Shown in pieces: positions 30,524 through 40,142 of a stretch of DNA of 64,000 bases. The first letter of the stretch is position 1, and every line of letters begins with the position of its first letter. A program made the position numbers and the translations under genes. Origin of the DNA: an uncultured Candidatus Rokubacteria bacterium (lineage in GTDB: Bacteria > Methylomirabilota > Methylomirabilia > Rokubacteriales > CSP1-6); NCBI GenBank assembly GCA_963762145.1, contig CAVXJS010000009.1:480001-544000 (forward strand), written 5' to 3'. The notes under the pieces were generated by a model. That model searched no databases. It was given only the letters and a program-made list of their open reading frames with translations, and was not told where the DNA came from.

Positions 30524-31525
30524 GTGGCGCGCGAAGCCTCGCAGATCACCCCGCCCTCGGGGCTCCGGGTCAACCCGAAGAGCGCGGTGCCGGTCCACGT
30601 CCAGCTCCAGACGCAGATCCGCCACCTCATCAACATCGGCTCGCTGAAGCCGGGGATGCAGCTGCCGACCGTGCGCCAGCTCGCGGGGTTTCTCCGGATC
30701 AACCGCAACACGGTGGCACGCGCGCTGGCCGACCTGGACCAGGACGGGTACCTCGAGAGCCACCAGGGCCGCGGCACGTTCGTGGCCGACCGACCGCCCG
30801 CACACGAGGGGCGGGCCGCGCGCAGCCTCGAGCGGCTCGTGCAGGAGACGCTCGAGCGGGCTCGGCGACTGGGCTTCACGCACGAGGAGCTGGCCGCGAC
30901 CATCGCCGGGCAGGCCCCGGCCGCGGGCTCGACGCACCGGACCAAGGTGCGGGCGCTGCTGGTCGAGTGCAATCATCCCGAGCTCACGCGCTATCGCGAG
31001 CAGCTCGAGGAAGAGCTCCCGATCGTCGTGGATCGGCTCCTCGTGGAGGAGCTCGGCGCGCGCTTCCGGGAGCCGGGCTTCCTCGCGGGCTACCGCGTGG
31101 TGATCACCACGTTCTTCCACATCCACGAGGTCAAGCAGGCCCTGCCGCCCGATGGGCCGCCCGCCCTCGCGCTTCTGTCCGAGTCCAACATCTCCTCCCT
31201 GCTGCGGCTCACCGAGCTGCCGCCGGGCACCCCGGTCGGCCTGATCTGCAGCATCCCGAGCGGCAGCCAGAACCTGCTCAGCTCGGTCCAGTCCGCTGGC
31301 CTGTCGCATCTCGTGCCGGTCCTGGCTTCCGCCGACGATCCCTGGTCCATCGACCGGCTGCTCGAGAAGACGCGCATCCTCGTGTGCTCCGAGCAGGCGC
31401 TGGCCGTGCTCGACGGGCGGATCCCGGAAGACGCGGAGGTGATCCGCTCCCACCGGCGCCTGGACGAGGGAGGAATCGGGCTTCTCCGGGACCTCCTCGC
31501 GCAGCTCGACGGGGAGCGGGCATGA
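30524..31525 (+). CDS. GntR family transcriptional regulator (YtrA-like HTH with long C-terminal domain)
   Basis: LPTVRQLA...NRNTVARA...GRGTFV. Confidence 0.9.
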   Translation: MAREASQITPPSGLRVNPKSAVPVHVQLQTQIRHLINIGSLKPGMQLPTVRQLAGFLRINRNTVARALADLDQDGYLESHQGRGTFVADRPPAHEGRAARSLERLVQETLERARRLGFTHEELAATIAGQAPAAGSTHRTKVRALLVECNHPELTRYREQLEEELPIVVDRLLVEELGARFREPGFLAGYRVVITTFFHIHEVKQALPPDGPPALALLSESNISSLLRLTELPPGTPVGLICSIPSGSQNLLSSVQSAGLSHLVPVLASADDPWSIDRLLEKTRILVCSEQALAVLDGRIPEDAEVIRSHRRLDEGGIGLLRDLLAQLDGERA

Positions 31526-31938
31526 CCGCGCGCGAGGCGATGACGCCGGCGCCGCTGACCGTGACCCCGCGCACGAGCGTGGCGGCCGCGCTCCGCCTGG
31601 CCCGCGACAACGGGATCGGTCACCTGCCGGTGGTGGAGCGGGGCCGGATCCTCGGCGTGCTACGGCGCGAGCGGCTGCTCGCCCTGACGCCGTCCGAGGC
31701 TACCACGCTCTCGCGCCACGAGATGCACGACGCGCTCGCGCGCCTGACCGTCGAGCGCGCGGTGGAGCCGGCGCTGACCCTGTCGGCGGCCACGTCGCTC
31801 ACGGAAGCGGCCCGCCTTCTCCTGGAGCGCGGCGCGCACGAGGCCCTCGTGACGGAGGACGGGCGGCTCGTCGGCATCCTCACCCACTCCGATCTCCTGC
31901 GCGCGCTGGTGATCGACGAGCCGGAGGCGGTGGCATAG
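31522..31938 (+). CDS. CBS domain protein (AcuB-like)
   Basis: ATGA overlap; MTPAPLTV, HLPVV, LVGILTHSDLLRA. Confidence 0.85.
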   Translation: MTAREAMTPAPLTVTPRTSVAAALRLARDNGIGHLPVVERGRILGVLRRERLLALTPSEATTLSRHEMHDALARLTVERAVEPALTLSAATSLTEAARLLLERGAHEALVTEDGRLVGILTHSDLLRALVIDEPEAVA

Positions 31939-32570
31939 GTACCGGGCCGGCGGTCTGCGTCTTCGATCTGGATCACACGCTGGTCAACTCCCCGCTCGAT
32001 CTCAAGGCGATCGGCCGCGACATGGAAGCCTTCGTACGCGACCGCGGCGTCCCGGTGCCCGCGCGGGCGCTCCGCTGGTCGGGCGCGGAGCTGTTCGACC
32101 TGGTGCGGCGCGAGGCCGCGCACCTCGAGGCCGAGCTGCTCGCGATCCCGGTGGCCTACGAGCGGCGGGCCATGGCCGAGGCGACCCTCGTGCCCTTCGC
32201 GCGCGAGGCGGTCGCCGCGATGAAGGGCCTCGGCTTCGCCACCGCCATCTGGACCAACAACGACCGGGTCGTCGCCGACTTCGTCCTCGCGCGCTTCGAG
32301 CTGCTCCCGCACCTCGACCTGATCGTCACCCGCGACGAGATGCGCCGGCTCAAGCCCGATCCGGACGGGCTGCGGGTGGTGCGGGAGCGGTGGCCGGACG
32401 CCGAGCGGATCGTGGTGGTGGGCGACTCGTGGGTGGACGGCGCCGCGGCCCTGGCCGGCGGGGTCCCCTTCATCGCCTACCGCCCCGACCGGGCCGAGAT
32501 GGAGCAGCGCGGCGTCGTCATCGCGGCGGAGATCCACTCGCTGCTCGATCTGCCCGCGGCGCTGGCGTAG
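31935..32570 (+). CDS. HAD family hydrolase (phosphoglycolate phosphatase-like)
   Basis: Motif I VFDLDHTLVNS lies upstream of the called ATG 32022; KPDP and VGDSWVD present. Start appears non-canonical (ATA). Confidence 0.85.
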   Translation: MGTGPAVCVFDLDHTLVNSPLDLKAIGRDMEAFVRDRGVPVPARALRWSGAELFDLVRREAAHLEAELLAIPVAYERRAMAEATLVPFAREAVAAMKGLGFATAIWTNNDRVVADFVLARFELLPHLDLIVTRDEMRRLKPDPDGLRVVRERWPDAERIVVVGDSWVDGAAALAGGVPFIAYRPDRAEMEQRGVVIAAEIHSLLDLPAALA

Positions 32571-32574
32571 GCCG

Positions 32575-32612
32575 CCCCGCTCACCCTGCCCGCTCCCCTG
32601 AGGAGAGAGGGT
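32575..32612. repeat. Degenerate copy of the REP-like palindrome
   Basis: CTCACCCTGCCCGCTCCCCTGAGGAGAGAGGG resembles the element at 4824-4901. Confidence 0.55.
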
Positions 32613-32628
32613 GCGTATAATTCGCGGC

Positions 32629-33948
32629 GTGGACCTGTTCGACACGCCGCCGTCCTCCGCCGCGAAGGCGCCCGCGCCCCTCGCCGACCGCATGCGCCCG
32701 GCGAGCCTCGACGAGGTGGTCGGCCAGCCGCAGCTCACCGAGCCCGGCAAGCCGTTGCGTCGCGCGCTCGAGGAGGGCCAGCTCCACTCGATGATCCTCT
32801 GGGGCCCGCCCGGCACCGGCAAGACCACGCTCGCGCGGCTCCTGGCCGACGTGGCGGGTGCCCGCTTCGTGCCGTTCTCGGCGGTGGTGTCGGGGGTCAA
32901 GGAGATCCGCCAGGTGATGACCGAGGCGGAGGCCGAGGGCGGCCGCCGGGGGCAGCGCACGATCCTCTTCGTGGACGAGATCCACCGCTTCAACCGCGCG
33001 CAGCAGGACGCCTTTCTGCCCTACGTCGAGAAGGGCACCATCGTGCTGATCGGCGCCACCACCGAGAACCCGTCGTTCGAGGTCAACGGGGCGCTGCTGT
33101 CTCGCTGCCGCGTGTACGTGCTCCGTCCGCTCGCCGAGGCCGACCTGGTCGCGATCCTGGAGCGCGCGCTCGCCGATGCCGAGCGCGGCCTCGGCGGGCG
33201 CGCGACCGCGGAGCCCGACGCGCTGGCCCTGATCGCGCGGCTCTCCGACGGCGACGCGCGCACCGCGCTCAACGTGCTCGAGATCGCGGCCGCCGATCCG
33301 GGCGCCCGCGTGACCGAGGCCGCGGTGCGCGACGCGGTCCAGAAGAAGACCCTGCTCTACGACAAGTCGGGCGAGCAGCACTACAACCTGATCTCCGCGC
33401 TCCACAAGTCGCTGCGCGACTCCGATCCCGACGGCGCGCTGTACTGGCTCGGCCGCATGCTCGAGGCGGGCGAGGACCCGCTCTACGTGGCGCGACGGCT
33501 GGTGCGCTTCGCCTCGGAGGACGTGGGCAACGCGGATCCGGCCGCGCTGCGCCTGACGCTCGACGCCAAGGAGGCCTACCACTTCCTCGGCACCCCGGAA
33601 GGCGAGCTGGCCCTGGCCCAGGCCACCTGCTATCTGGCGCTGGCGCCCAAGTCGAACGCGGTCTACACGGCCTGGAACGCGGTCCGCCACGACATCCAGG
33701 AGAAGCCGGCCGAGCCGGTGCCGCTGCACCTCCGGAACGCGCCGACCGGCCTCATGAGCAATCTGGGCTACGGCCGCGGCTACCAGTACGCCCACGACGC
33801 CGCCGACGCGCAGGTGAGCCAGGAGCACCTGCCCGATGCCCTGCGCGGGCGCGTCTACTACCGGCCCACCGAGCGCGGCGCGGAGAAGGAGATCGGCGAG
33901 CGGCTCACGAAGTGGCGGGCCTGGCGCGACAAGCAGAAGCGCGCGTGA
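32629..33948 (+). CDS. rarA: Replication-associated recombination protein A (MgsA/RarA AAA+ ATPase)
   Basis: PLADRMRP, GPPGTGKTT, DEIHRF, GATTENPSF, SALHKS.R.SD.D, ASEDVG. Confidence 0.95.
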   Translation: MDLFDTPPSSAAKAPAPLADRMRPASLDEVVGQPQLTEPGKPLRRALEEGQLHSMILWGPPGTGKTTLARLLADVAGARFVPFSAVVSGVKEIRQVMTEAEAEGGRRGQRTILFVDEIHRFNRAQQDAFLPYVEKGTIVLIGATTENPSFEVNGALLSRCRVYVLRPLAEADLVAILERALADAERGLGGRATAEPDALALIARLSDGDARTALNVLEIAAADPGARVTEAAVRDAVQKKTLLYDKSGEQHYNLISALHKSLRDSDPDGALYWLGRMLEAGEDPLYVARRLVRFASEDVGNADPAALRLTLDAKEAYHFLGTPEGELALAQATCYLALAPKSNAVYTAWNAVRHDIQEKPAEPVPLHLRNAPTGLMSNLGYGRGYQYAHDAADAQVSQEHLPDALRGRVYYRPTERGAEKEIGERLTKWRAWRDKQKRA

Positions 33949-33980
33949 CCGGAAACCCGGGGTCTGATACAACTAAATTC

Positions 33981-35099
33981 ATGGACGAAAAGCCCCGCAA
34001 GCTCCGGGTAGGGGTCGTCTTCGGCGGCCGCTCGGGCGAGCACGAGGTCTCCCTGGCCGGCGCCGCCTCGGTGATGGCTGCGATGGACCAGACCCGCTTC
34101 GAGCTGGTGCCCATCGGCATCGCCAAGGACGGCCGCTGGCTCATGGGCGGCGACCCGCTGCGCGCCCTGGCCGGCGAGGCCGCGCAGCTCGCCTTGGCCT
34201 CGGGTGATCCCGACGCCCACACCAAGCACGAGCTGCTCGAGCGCGCCGCCGCTCAGGCCACCGGCGCCTCGCTCATGCGCATGGAGACGTCCGAGGGCCT
34301 GCCGCCCGGCCTCCGCGACCGGCTGGACGTGGTGCTGGTCCTGCTCCACGGCCCGCAGGGGGAGGACGGCACCGTACAGGGGCTGCTGCAGCTCGCCGGC
34401 GTGCCGTACACCGGCGCGGGCGTGCTCGCCTCCGCGGTGGGCATGGACAAGGTCGCGATGAAGGATCTCTTCCGCGCCCACGGGCTGCCGATCGTGGAGT
34501 ACGCGGTGGTGCGACGGCACGACTGGGAGCGCGAGCCCGCGGCCATCGCGCGCGGGCTCGCCACCGAGATCGGCTTCCCGTGCTTCGTCAAGCCGGCGAA
34601 CCTGGGCTCGAGCGTCGGCATCAGCAAGGTGAAGGCCGCCGATGATCTACCCGCCGCCATCGACCTGGCCGCGACCCACGACCGCCGCATCATCGTCGAG
34701 CGCGCGATCCAGGCGCGCGAGGTGGAGGTTGCGGTGCTCGGCAACGACGAGCCGCGCGTCTCCGTCCCCGGCGAGGTCTGCTTCGCCGGCGAGTGGTACG
34801 ACTACGACACCAAGTACGGCGCGGGGCAGACCACGTTCAAGGTGCCGGCGCCGCTCGCCCCCGAGGTCACGGAGGAGATCCGCTCGCTGGCCCTGCGCGC
34901 CTTCCGCGCCACCGACTGCGCGGGCATGGCGCGCGTGGACTTCTTCGTCGAGGGCGATCGGCGCGTGCTCGTGAACGAGATCAACACGATCCCCGGCTTC
35001 ACCGCCTCCAGCGCCTACCCGCGCCTCTGGGAAGCCTCGGGCGTCCCGTACCCCGAGCTGATCGCCCGCCTCATCGACCTCGCGCTCGAGCGCCGGTGA
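33981..35099 (+). CDS. ddl: D-alanine--D-alanine ligase
   Basis: GGRSGEHEVS, HGPQGEDG, KPANLGSSVG, NEINTIPG. Confidence 0.95.
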   Translation: MDEKPRKLRVGVVFGGRSGEHEVSLAGAASVMAAMDQTRFELVPIGIAKDGRWLMGGDPLRALAGEAAQLALASGDPDAHTKHELLERAAAQATGASLMRMETSEGLPPGLRDRLDVVLVLLHGPQGEDGTVQGLLQLAGVPYTGAGVLASAVGMDKVAMKDLFRAHGLPIVEYAVVRRHDWEREPAAIARGLATEIGFPCFVKPANLGSSVGISKVKAADDLPAAIDLAATHDRRIIVERAIQAREVEVAVLGNDEPRVSVPGEVCFAGEWYDYDTKYGAGQTTFKVPAPLAPEVTEEIRSLALRAFRATDCAGMARVDFFVEGDRRVLVNEINTIPGFTASSAYPRLWEASGVPYPELIARLIDLALERR

Positions 35100-35208
35100 C
35101 GGGGCGCGGGGTGGGCGGGCGCTCGGGCCTGCTTTCCACCGTTTGCTTCTTTAAGCTCTTCATATGCGGGGGCCCAGAAATGGCCCCCGCACTCCCCCAG
35201 TCCGCAGT

Positions 35209-35341
35209 CAACCGTCCCGGAGCCGCGGACAACCGTCCCGGAGCCGCGGACAACCCGCTCGGAGCCGCCGACAAGCCTCCCGGAGCCGCGGACAACCGTC
35301 CCGGGGCCGCGGACAACCCGCTCGGCGCCGCCGACAACCCG
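35209..35341. repeat. 21-nt tandem repeat, 6 full units plus a partial unit
   Basis: Consensus CAACCGTCCCGGAGCCGCGGA with A-A-B-A-A-B higher-order structure. Confidence 0.9.
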
Positions 35342-35346
35342 CGCGC

Positions 35347-36462
35347 ATGCGCGTAGTCATCGCGGGCGGCGGCACCGGCGGCCACACGAGCCCCGGCCTT
35401 GCGGTGGCGGCGCGCCTCCGCGAGTCGGGCGTGGACGTGCACTGGATTGGCAGCCGGTCCGGCATCGAGGCCCGGCGCGTACCCGAGGCCGGGATCGCCT
35501 TCCACACGATCCCGGTGGGCAAGCTCCGCCGCTACTGGGACTGGCAGAACGTACCCGACCTCGCGGTGCGGGCGCCGGCCGGACTGGCGCAATCCTGGCG
35601 GCTGCTCCGCCGGCTGCGGCCGGCGCTGCTCCTCGCCACCGGCGGCTTCGTCGCGCTGCCGCCGGCGCTCGCCGCGCGGACCCTGGGCATCCCCCTGGTC
35701 GTCCACGAGCAGACCAGCGTGCCCGGGCTCGCCAACCGCGTGGCCGGCCGCTTCGCCCGGCGCATCGCGCTCACGTTTCCGCTCACCGGCCCCGAGTTCC
35801 CGAAGGAGCGCACCGTGCTCACCGGCAACCCGCTCCGGCAAGAGCTCCGGGGCGGAGCCGCCGCGGAGGCCCACCGCCGCTTCAGCCTGGACGCCTCGCG
35901 TCCGATCGTGTACGTGACGGGCGGCGCGCTGGGCGCGCACCGGATCAACCGGGACGTCGGCGCGGCGCTGCCTCGCCTGCTCGAGGTCTGCCAGGTGATC
36001 CACCAGTGCGGCGACAACGCCAAGAGCGGCGATCGGGCCTGGCTCGCCGAGCGCGCCCAGGCGCTGCCGGAGTCGCTCCGCCGCCGCTACGCCCTGACCG
36101 CCTACGTCGGCGCCGAGCTGCGTGACGTCTACGCGGCGGCCGCGCTCGTCGTGGGGCGGAGCGGCGCGGGAACGGTCAACGAGTGCTGCCAGCTCGGCCT
36201 GGGCGCCCTCTACGTCCCGCTGCCCGGCACCAGCGGAGACGAGCAGACGGCCAACGCACGCCTCGTGGAGGCCGCGGGAGGTGCCGTGGTATTCCCGCAG
36301 GTCTCGCTCACGCCTGACGGGCTCGTAGAGGCCGTGACGCGCCTCCTGGCGGACCGCACGGCCCTCGCGGCGATGGGCGAGCGGGCCCGGAGCCTCGCCG
36401 TGCCCGACGCGGCCGATCGCATCGCGCGGGTGCTGTTCGAGGTGGCGGGCGCGGCCGGGTGA
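35347..36462 (+). CDS. murG: Undecaprenyl-PP-MurNAc-pentapeptide GlcNAc transferase
   Basis: AGGGTGGH, TGGFV, HEQ, GNP.R, GRSGAGT. Confidence 0.92.
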   Translation: MRVVIAGGGTGGHTSPGLAVAARLRESGVDVHWIGSRSGIEARRVPEAGIAFHTIPVGKLRRYWDWQNVPDLAVRAPAGLAQSWRLLRRLRPALLLATGGFVALPPALAARTLGIPLVVHEQTSVPGLANRVAGRFARRIALTFPLTGPEFPKERTVLTGNPLRQELRGGAAAEAHRRFSLDASRPIVYVTGGALGAHRINRDVGAALPRLLEVCQVIHQCGDNAKSGDRAWLAERAQALPESLRRRYALTAYVGAELRDVYAAAALVVGRSGAGTVNECCQLGLGALYVPLPGTSGDEQTANARLVEAAGGAVVFPQVSLTPDGLVEAVTRLLADRTALAAMGERARSLAVPDAADRIARVLFEVAGAAG

Positions 36463-36469
36463 TCGGGGC

Positions 36470-37405
36470 ATGATCGCCTGGCTGGTGCTGCTGCAGGCCT
36501 CGCTCACCATCGCGGTGGCCGGGCCGCCCACCTCACCGGAGTACCTGCCGCTGCACGTGGCCCAGGCCGAAGGCCTCTTCGCCGCCCGGCAGATCTCGGT
36601 GACGCTCCGGTCCACGCGCTCGGACGTCGCCGCGGCCGAGCTGCTGGCCGGCGGGCAGGCGCAGCTGGCGGCCACCTCGCTCGACACCGCGCTGCGGATC
36701 GGCGGGGCCGCGGGCGTGCCGCCGCGGCTCGTCTGGGCCCTCACCGCCGCGCCGCCGGTCGCGCTGCTCGCCGCGCCCGGCCGCGCCGACACCATCCGAT
36801 CGGTGGCCGATCTGGCCGGCCAGACCGTCGCGGTCCCGGCACCCGGCAGCGCGGAGGACATGGCGCTCGGGCTGCTGCTCGCCCGGGCGGGCGTGCCGCT
36901 GCACCTTCTCAAGATCCTGAGCCAGGGAGAGCGCGGCGTCGTGCGGGCGCTCGAGGGCGGCGAGGTGGCGGCCGGCGTGCTCGGAGAGCCGTACGTGAGC
37001 CGGCTGGTCGAGAGCGGCAAGGCGGTGATCGTGGTGGACCTGCGCACCGCCAAGGGTGCGGCGGACGCGCTCGGGGGCCCCACCGTGGGCGCGGGACTCT
37101 TCGCGAAGGCCGGCGCCGAGCCGCCCGCGGCGACGATCCATGCCTTGCGGGCCGCGCTGCAGGCCGCGGTGGCCCGAACGATCTCGGCCGAGCCGGCCGC
37201 GCTCGCGGCTCGGCTTCCGTCGTCGGTCGTCGGGTCGCCGGCCGATTTCGCGCTGCGCCTTCAGGGCGCCCGTGACCTCTTCCTGGCCGACGGCCGGGTC
37301 ACGGTGGAGACGCTCGAGCACAGCCTCGAGCTGATCCGGACTCGCGCGCCGCTTCCCGTGAAGGTGAAGCTGCCCCGGCGGACCGAGCAGCTCCTCGTCG
37401 AGTAG
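36470..37405 (+). CDS. ABC transporter substrate-binding protein (NMT1/SsuA-like), orphan
   Basis: YLPLHVAQAEGLF, I.SVADLAG.TVAV, EPY pattern. Confidence 0.7.
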   Translation: MIAWLVLLQASLTIAVAGPPTSPEYLPLHVAQAEGLFAARQISVTLRSTRSDVAAAELLAGGQAQLAATSLDTALRIGGAAGVPPRLVWALTAAPPVALLAAPGRADTIRSVADLAGQTVAVPAPGSAEDMALGLLLARAGVPLHLLKILSQGERGVVRALEGGEVAAGVLGEPYVSRLVESGKAVIVVDLRTAKGAADALGGPTVGAGLFAKAGAEPPAATIHALRAALQAAVARTISAEPAALAARLPSSVVGSPADFALRLQGARDLFLADGRVTVETLEHSLELIRTRAPLPVKVKLPRRTEQLLVE

Positions 37406-37406
37406 G

Positions 37407-38003
37407 CTAGAGCAGGCCGCGACGCGACAGCAGCCCGCGAGTCGTGGTGAGCGGCAGCCCGATCACGTTGGTGAGGCAGCCGTCCACCGCCGCCACCAGC
37501 CGGCCGCCCAGCCCCTGCACCGCGTAGCCCCCCGCCTTGTCGAGCGGCTCGCCGGTGGCGACGTAGGCCTCGATATCGCCCTCGCCGTACTCGGCCATGC
37601 GCACCCGGCTCGTCACCGCCGCCGTCTCCTGACAAGGCGTTGTCCCAGCCGGTCCCACATCCACTATTGCCAGGCCTGTTATTACCTCATGCTCGCGGCC
37701 GCGAAGCTCGCGGAGCATCCGGGCCGCGTCGGCCGGATCCCGTGGCTTGCCGAGCAGCCGGCCGTCCAGGACGACCTCGGTGTCGGCCCCGAGCACCACC
37801 GCCGGCCCCCGCGCGAGGTCGAGGTCGCCGGCCACGGCCAGGGCCTTGGCGAGCGCGACGGCGGCGATGGCCTGGGCGGGCGGCCCGGACGGGTGCTCTT
37901 CGGGGATGTGGCTGGCCAGCACCTCGAACGGGACGCCCAGACGGCCCAGCAGCTCCCGGCGGCGCGGGGAGGCCGAGGCGAGGATGAGGCGGGGAGTGCT
38001 CAG
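37407..38003 (-). CDS. maf: Maf family nucleoside triphosphate pyrophosphatase
   Basis: LILASASPRRRELL, GADTEV, GKP, DKAGGY, NVIGLP; apparent CTG start overlapping the speE stop. Confidence 0.92.
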   Translation of the reverse strand: MSTPRLILASASPRRRELLGRLGVPFEVLASHIPEEHPSGPPAQAIAAVALAKALAVAGDLDLARGPAVVLGADTEVVLDGRLLGKPRDPADAARMLRELRGREHEVITGLAIVDVGPAGTTPCQETAAVTSRVRMAEYGEGDIEAYVATGEPLDKAGGYAVQGLGGRLVAAVDGCLTNVIGLPLTTTRGLLSRRGLL

Positions 38004-38917
38004 GTAACGATCAGGGGATTCTTGTCGGTGATGACGCGGTCGTTCTTCTCGATCGACTCGCGGAGGAACTTGGGCAGGCTGAAGCAGTGCAGGTGCGCGT
38101 TGCCGTCCCAGTAGCCGAGGTCCTTGGGGTTCAGGCGCTCGGCGATGAGGCGATCGATCTCGGCCGGAGACTGCTTCCGGGGATCGGTGCCCTTCGAGGC
38201 CAGGATGAAGCCCCACGGCGTCCCGAAGCAGGAGATGAAGCTCTGGTACGGGGCGACCACCGGGAAGACTTCCTGGAGCGTGCGGTTCACCGCCCCGTGG
38301 AAGAAGATCTCGTTCACCTTGGTCATGCCCGCCTGCATGGTCATGACCCCCTGGTCGGTCAGCCGGTCGCGGATCAGGGTGTAGAACTCCTTGGTGAAGA
38401 GCAGACAGGCCGGCCCTTCCTCCAGGGGCTCCACGAGATCGACGACGATCAGGTCGAAGCGGTCGGTGGTCTTCTCCAGATAGGCCCGGGCGTCCTCGTG
38501 GAGGACCCGGGTCCGGGGGTCGTCGAAGGCGCCCCGGTGCATCTCGGGCAGGTGCTTCTTGCACTCCTCGACCACCTCGCCGTCGATGTCCACCATGAGG
38601 CAGTCGGTGATCGTCTTGTACCGCAGGATCTCCCGGACCGTGGCGCCTTCACCCCCGCCGATGACCATGGCTTTCTGGGGCCGGGGGTGGGCCAGCATGC
38701 CGGGCTGCACCAGCGTCTCGTGGTAGATGAACTCGTCGGCCTGGCTCGACTGGATCCGCCCATCCAGCACGAGACACTTGCCGTACGAGTGGGTGTCCAT
38801 GATCTCCATGAACTGGAACTTGGTCTGGCGGGTGACGATGGTCCGGGCGATGGCGTGCATGTGGCCTTCGACCGGAGTGGTGGTCTCGAAGAACCACTTG
38901 TACTGAAGCGTGGCCAT
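38000..38917 (-). CDS. speE: Polyamine aminopropyltransferase (spermidine synthase family)
   Basis: LVLDGRIQS, DEFIYHE, IGGGEG, VDID, EDAR. Confidence 0.95.
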   Translation of the reverse strand: MATLQYKWFFETTTPVEGHMHAIARTIVTRQTKFQFMEIMDTHSYGKCLVLDGRIQSSQADEFIYHETLVQPGMLAHPRPQKAMVIGGGEGATVREILRYKTITDCLMVDIDGEVVEECKKHLPEMHRGAFDDPRTRVLHEDARAYLEKTTDRFDLIVVDLVEPLEEGPACLLFTKEFYTLIRDRLTDQGVMTMQAGMTKVNEIFFHGAVNRTLQEVFPVVAPYQSFISCFGTPWGFILASKGTDPRKQSPAEIDRLIAERLNPKDLGYWDGNAHLHCFSLPKFLRESIEKNDRVITDKNPLIVT

Positions 38918-38927
38918 GCCGACCCGA

Positions 38928-39338
38928 TCAGCTCGGGGTGGAGGCGACGGGCGCCTCGGCCGGCTTGTGCAGAAGCTTCCGGGGATGGTTCAGGAAGATG
39001 CCGCGCTGGAGCTCCACCACGGAAGCCCGGGCGGCCCCGAGCTGCTCCACGAGGTAGTCCGCGGCCACCTGGGGCTGGAGGACGTCGCCGCAGGAGAAGA
39101 CGTCGACGGCGGCGTAGCGATACTCCGGCCACGTGTGAATCGCCAGGTGCGACTCGGCGATGACGACGACTCCGCTGATGCCGAACGGGTTGAACTCGTG
39201 AAAAACGACGTCGACGATGGTGGCCTGAGCCCGCTTGGCCGCTTCCACCATGGACGCCTTCACGGTGTCCAGACTGTTGATGGCCTCTGCGTCGCAGTCG
39301 AACAGCTCGAGCAGCAGGTGACGCCCCAGTGCTTGCAC
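38928..39338 (-). CDS. speD: S-adenosylmethionine decarboxylase proenzyme
   Basis: G.HL, GISGVVVIAESHLAIHTWPE, DVFSCG; GTG start with GGAGG RBS. Confidence 0.95.
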   Translation of the reverse strand: MQALGRHLLLELFDCDAEAINSLDTVKASMVEAAKRAQATIVDVVFHEFNPFGISGVVVIAESHLAIHTWPEYRYAAVDVFSCGDVLQPQVAADYLVEQLGAARASVVELQRGIFLNHPRKLLHKPAEAPVASTPS

Positions 39339-39650
39339 TCTTTCCCTCCTCCCCAAGTTCTGGTCTGAATACTCCGGCGAAATTTTCTACTTGCCGGATT
39401 TTTCTGCACTGTGGGGCTATTTTTTTTCCATTGCAAGAAAAAAATGGCCGTTGAAACCGCTCCGGCGGCGTCGCGAGCGCTCGCCACACCCGCTCGACGA
39501 GCCCACCGAGCGGCGCCGAAGTCAACTTTTTGCTTGCGTTCGTCGGCCCAGCCGCTACGATGAGCGTGAAATTCACGACGGGCGGCGGTGGGGCGCCGCT
39601 CGTGAGACGGCGCGGCGTTTCCGCGTAACAACGCCACGAGGAGGGAGCGA

Positions 39651-40133
39651 ATGCGCTTCGCACCGGTGACCAAGGCGGCGGGCACGGCGGGCAACGCCGA
39701 GGGCTCGACCCCGCTGAACGCCTTCGACAACGCCCTGCTGGCGGCCGGCATCGGAAACATCAACCTCATCAAGGTCTCCAGCATCCTGCCCCCGGGCGTC
39801 GAGCTCGTCGAGCTGCCACGGATCAAGCCGGGCGCGCTCGTGCCGACCGCCTACGCGGCCATGACCAGCGAGGTGCCCGGCGAGGTCGTCGCGGCCGCCG
39901 TCGGCTGGGCCCGGCCGGTGGATCCCGCCAAGAACGGGGTCATCATGGAGTTCCACGACAAGGCCACGCGCGAGGAAGCCGAGCGGATGATCGTCCAGAT
40001 GCTCGAGGAGGCCTTCCGGGTCCGGGACGAGAAGATCCGGGACATGAAGGTCTTCGCGGTCGAGCATCGGGTCGAGCGGACGGGCTGCGCGCTGGCGGCC
40101 GTCACGCTCCTCGCCGACGAAGATCTCGGCTAG
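39651..40133 (+). CDS. pdaD: Pyruvoyl-dependent arginine decarboxylase
   Basis: LNAFDNALLAAGIGNINLIKVSSILPP, including the SS self-cleavage site. Confidence 0.92.
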   Translation: MRFAPVTKAAGTAGNAEGSTPLNAFDNALLAAGIGNINLIKVSSILPPGVELVELPRIKPGALVPTAYAAMTSEVPGEVVAAAVGWARPVDPAKNGVIMEFHDKATREEAERMIVQMLEEAFRVRDEKIRDMKVFAVEHRVERTGCALAAVTLLADEDLG

Positions 40134-40142
40134 CGCCGGCTG

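Noticed and set aside
35209-35341. Possible CRISPR array
   Set aside because: Units are contiguous with no unique spacers, and no cas genes are present; it is a minisatellite
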